Shown one piece after another: positions 60,701-64,000 of a DNA stretch of 64,000 nucleotides. Within the stretch, counting starts at the first letter, position 1. Every line of letters begins with the position of its first letter. The position numbers and the translations under genes are program-made. The stretch lies in the NCBI RefSeq assembly GCF_000002865.3, contig NW_001865042.1, positions 1,402,914-1,466,913 on the forward strand, written 5' to 3'. The notes below the pieces were generated by a model that saw nothing but the letters and a program-made list of their open reading frames with translations, had not been told where the DNA came from and did no database searches. The DNA comes from Monosiga brevicollis MX1 (Eukaryota).

Positions 60701-60729
60701 AACAGCAACAGCGGCAACAGCAACATTAG
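57708..60729 (+). CDS. NELFA: NELF-A-like protein (N-terminal NELF-A domain, RG-rich segment, Q-rich tail; multi-exon)
   Basis: LTNQLG...AFDKLDPIVAQK|ILFTLTFL...AEATSD...WLAIIVKLLRPLLD...LKPEEKKYF aligns by eye with the human NELF-A N-terminus (LHNKLG...CFHGLSSAVKLKLLLGTLHL...ASLDSDPWVLMVADILKSFPD...MLPLECQYL). Confidence 0.62.
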
Positions 60730-61017
60730 TTGTCACAGCAGGCCATGTTGAAAGCATGCATCAAGAGTGAAGAGTTACAATGTGGCGCGGAAATTTATGT
60801 TTGCTTCCCTCTTCTTGTTGTTGAAAATTAGCTCATGGCTGATGGAAAATAATTTTCTATGATCGACTCTTGATCTATTCCAACCTTCTCAGCAGCAGCA
60901 CCGCAAGGCAGTCGACTTGGGGGAAGAAGCAGCGCGAGCGTCTCCGCATGTATTGGAATGGCTGCTCAGCAGCCCGAGAAGAGCGATTGTCAGCGCCTCG
61001 ATGATGGGCCGCTATAG

Positions 61018-61817
61018 TTAGTGTCGAAATGCGGCCAGGATCCACCAGAGGGAGAGAGTCAGAAGCGGTAGGCTATAGGGGCACGTGGAACCGAGAGGTC
61101 CAGTTGAGCGCCACGATGATAAGGCCAAACAGGGTGCCGCAGCTTTTGTGAAACTCACTCTACAAAGCCGGTAAAATACCAGTACAGCCAGCTCGGGCGG
61201 ACGACAGCCACAAAGTAGCTGAGTGCTGGGCAGGCAGCTAGGTGAAAGAGAACGCCTGCAGGCAAACAGGAGCAGCCATGAGGTAGCGTGTGCGCATGGT
61301 GTAAGCATTTGAGCGCGGCTGCTTCAGTCGATCGGTCGAGTGTGACGGGCCTATCAAAGTAGCCCAGCCGTTGAACATGGTCCGACCCGAGAAGAAGCCC
61401 AAGGCCTCGATGCCCAATGAGCAGAACCCCAACGCCAATACACTCTTAAATCTGTCACGTACGATGAAAGGGTATGAGCGGGCTGTTGTTGGCAGTTTGC
61501 AGGATCGAGCTGGGTGTGCGGGGCGAACGAGGGGTTGGGGAAAAGCGCGTACTCGGTGCGATAATCGCTGACAGCCTTGTCAGGAGACACCAGATTAGCA
61601 TCGACACTGGCTTCAACGTGTTCCTCCTGCCAAAAGCACCCACTCTCATGAGGCCGCTGTCACCGATGCCACACCGAGGGTGGCGCCAGCTCCGAACAAG
61701 GAGCACCAGACGAAGCCTGCTCACCAGTCGCAGCACAAGCACCAGCAAGAGCTTGAATCGGGCAATGTAGAGCAACGCCCGCAGCGGCACCGCGGCCCGC
61801 TCAAATCGCAGCATCAT
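61018..61817 (-). CDS. TMEM107: TMEM107-like ciliary transition-zone membrane protein (multi-exon)
   Basis: VPLRALLYIA...IEALGFFSGRTMFN...LFHLAACPALSYF...YWYF...LP matches TMEM107 (VPSRFL...ELAGFLSGVSMFN...H...ALSFF...YWYIF...LP). Confidence 0.8.
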
Positions 61818-62312
61818 GAAAGCACGGCCAGCCAAACCCCGACGCTATTCACCCCGAACCTACAGCTACAGCGCATCGTCTTCTCCCCCCTGGTCGCGCC
61901 TCGAGCTCCAGCACCTCGTCCAGCGTTGAAACTTTTCTTTTTTAAATTTCAAATTTTGTCGGATCAGATTCAAAAAAAAAAAATTTTTTAAAAAAATTTT
62001 TCGATCTGATCTGATCTGTACATGTACATGATAGATAGAGGCTTAGAAGTGTGGCCGGAAGCTTCTTGGGCGTATCAAAATTATTGTGTAGCCGGTCATG
62101 ATGTGACAGCAAGCATGACCCAAACTTACAGCCGTGGATCTCAGCCAGGAACAGGAGCAGGAACGAACGCGGAGGCGCTGCCGGAGGAAAATAACTTTGG
62201 GGTTAGGGAAATAGGGTTAAGCACGTTTCGACGAAAGAAGTGAGCATAACATCTCTTGCGCTAAATATAGGGGCTAGCCCTTGGTGACCATGATGTGTGA
62301 TTTTGTGTGCCG

Positions 62313-62313
<1 letters not shown>

Positions 62314-62374
<61 letters not shown>
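62314..62374. repeat. (CT)n in the TMEM107/PFDN1 divergent intergenic region
   Basis: Directly visible. Confidence 0.95.
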
Positions 62375-62380
<6 letters not shown>

Positions 62381-62638
62381 CGTTTTTTTTTAAACAGACG
62401 GGATTTGGTAAAGTTGGCCGACTTTGGTGACTGGTGCTAGTGGCGGGAATTGGTTGATGGCTGTCTGTCTGTCTGTCTGTCTGTGCCTGGGCAAGGCCTG
62501 TTGGGTGGATGGGGTTTGAGGCTGGGTGGCTTCTCATGGGGGGCGATACTGGCTGATGGCGCATGCCGTTTGGTCTCATGCTTTGTTGACGGACGCTTGA
62601 TCATTGGTAGAGAAGCCGGCTCGTTTTTAGACGACACC

Positions 62639-63435
62639 ATGGATCCCGAAATTCGCAAGGTGGGTTCATCTCGCGCGTCGTTGTGACCCGACCGCACGGG
62701 GTGTCCTCTTTTGCAGGCACCTGCACGGCTCATTTCCTTGGTGTCATAGGCATTTGAAGAGGTTCAGCGCCAGAGCCAAGAGACGGCGGTAAAGGTGCAG
62801 CTCACCGAGCAACAAATTCAAAAGTACTCGGGCGACAAGCGCCGGGCTGAGCTTACGCTTGCGGTACGGGTGGTGCATCTTCTTGCTCCTACCTCACAAT
62901 GTTCAGCCTCGTGCATCCAGATTCTCACAACACGCGACTTCTTTTTTGATTGCACCTTGCGCTCTGCCGGCATTTCATGCTTTTGCACAGGAGGTGAACC
63001 AGGTTCCCGAGGATACGCGACTGTTTCGGGCGGTTGGCAAGTGGTACGATCCGTCATCAGAAATTGGCCACTCGTTCGAGTAGATAAACATTTGTGTCGC
63101 CCATGCCAATTCATTTGTCTTTGTGCTGTTTTCTTCTAGCTTTGTGCTTGAGACTCGTTCGACAGTGGTGTCTGGCCTGGACAACAAGGTGGCCGAGTGC
63201 GAGAAGGAGGTGGCATCGCTCCAGGTTTGTGCCCTGCTTTGGCCGGTATCCTTGGGATCACCTTCGTGTTGCGGTTGGTGTGTACATGTGTGTGCACGTG
63301 TGTGTGCTCATTCTGCGCACTTTGCGCATTGGTAAACATCAGAACAAGCGCAAGTGGATGGAGGAGTCCCTCGCCCAGAGCAAAGCCAACGTCGAAGAGC
63401 TTTTGCGTCAGCGACAGGAGATGGCCTCTTCGTAA
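62639..63435 (+). CDS. PFDN1: Prefoldin subunit 1 (5 exons)
   Basis: Spliced product: MDPEIRK|AFEEVQ...KRRAELTLA|EVNQVPEDTRLFRAVGKC|FVL...|NKRKWMEESLAQSKANVEELLRQR. Confidence 0.88.
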
Positions 63436-63734
63436 ACGCAGGCCTTGCCTTTATTGTCCCCGCCACACATACACACGCGGACACTCCAGAGAACATATTG
63501 GTGCCAAGAAAGGATGTGCCGCAAACTGGACGCACGCATTTGATGCGTCTCATTCCCTCCAGACCGCCAGTGGTCCCGAGAACAAAAACCACAATCATGA
63601 AACAACAGTCTAAAGAGTACATCACCATACACAACATATGGCGTAAATTGATCCAAAAAATGACAATGCCGGGCGATCATTCAACAAGTTTGGCACGTTG
63701 GGCCAGGACGAGTTCGCTTAGACCCGCAAGCAAC

Positions 63735-64000
63735 TCATAGGTTGCGGCATGTCGCGCCAGTGCACTCGCGAAACTGCTGCAGCCGGGTCGCCAGCGCCTC
63801 GCGCTTGCTATCGGGTAGGCTGGCAAAGGTATTGTTTAATTGCCAATAATCCAGCGCAATGTTATAGTACTCCTTGTACTGCTCCGCGTCGACAAACTCG
63901 CAGTAGAGGGAATTTTCCGTTTCTGGTTCAACGACGGCAGTTACGTAAACGTGAGTGAGCCCCACTCCAAGGGGGTGACGACCAGTTTGGGAAGCCACAT
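63735..64000 (-). CDS. 3' end of an N-acetylglucosamine-6-sulfatase (GNS)-like sulfatase, truncated by the window edge
   Basis: LYCEFVD...KEYYNIALDYWQLNN...LATRLQQFRECTGATCR* resembles the GNS C-terminus. Confidence 0.7.
   Translation of the reverse strand, partial: VASQTGRHPLGVGLTHVYVTAVVEPETENSLYCEFVDAEQYKEYYNIALDYWQLNNTFASLPDSKREALATRLQQFRECTGATCRNL

Noticed and set aside
60770..61017. U8 snoRNA downstream of TMEM107, as in vertebrates
   Set aside because: I found no U8-like 5' sequence or convincing C/D box arrangement.

Overview
Intron-rich eukaryotic DNA, roughly 55% GC by eye. Introns are short, with GTGCGT/GTACGT/GTAAGT donors, and CA/GA microsatellites are abundant; there are two N gaps. 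Gene content and intron style point to a choanoflagellate, probably Monosiga brevicollis (inference). I reconstructed about 18 protein-coding genes by eye, in order: a head-to-head pair of PHF10/SAYP-like paralogs, a TBC1D15/17-like Rab-GAP, ATAD5/ELG1, an acidic type-I membrane protein, a low-complexity protein with a possible DNTTIP1-like dimerisation helix, HUWE1/Tom1, a PhyH dioxygenase, a GH51 arabinofuranosidase, a Dpy-30/dynein-MTBD-like/TerD-TerD fusion, Tim8, MAD1, phenylalanine hydroxylase, a long reticulon, a NELF-A-like protein, TMEM107, prefoldin 1 and the 3' end of a GNS-like sulfatase. Four observations stand out. (1) An in-frame spliceable fusion joins a radial-spoke-type Dpy-30 domain to two bacterial-type TerD domains. 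(2) The PHF10-like gene pair mirrors the PHD-containing and PHD-less PHF10 isoforms of vertebrates. (3) There is a NELF-A homolog. (4) The reticulon carries an N-terminal LIR-like motif and an unrecognised repeat. All homologies are from memory and manual alignment, with no database search, and CDS coordinates are whole-gene spans including introns.
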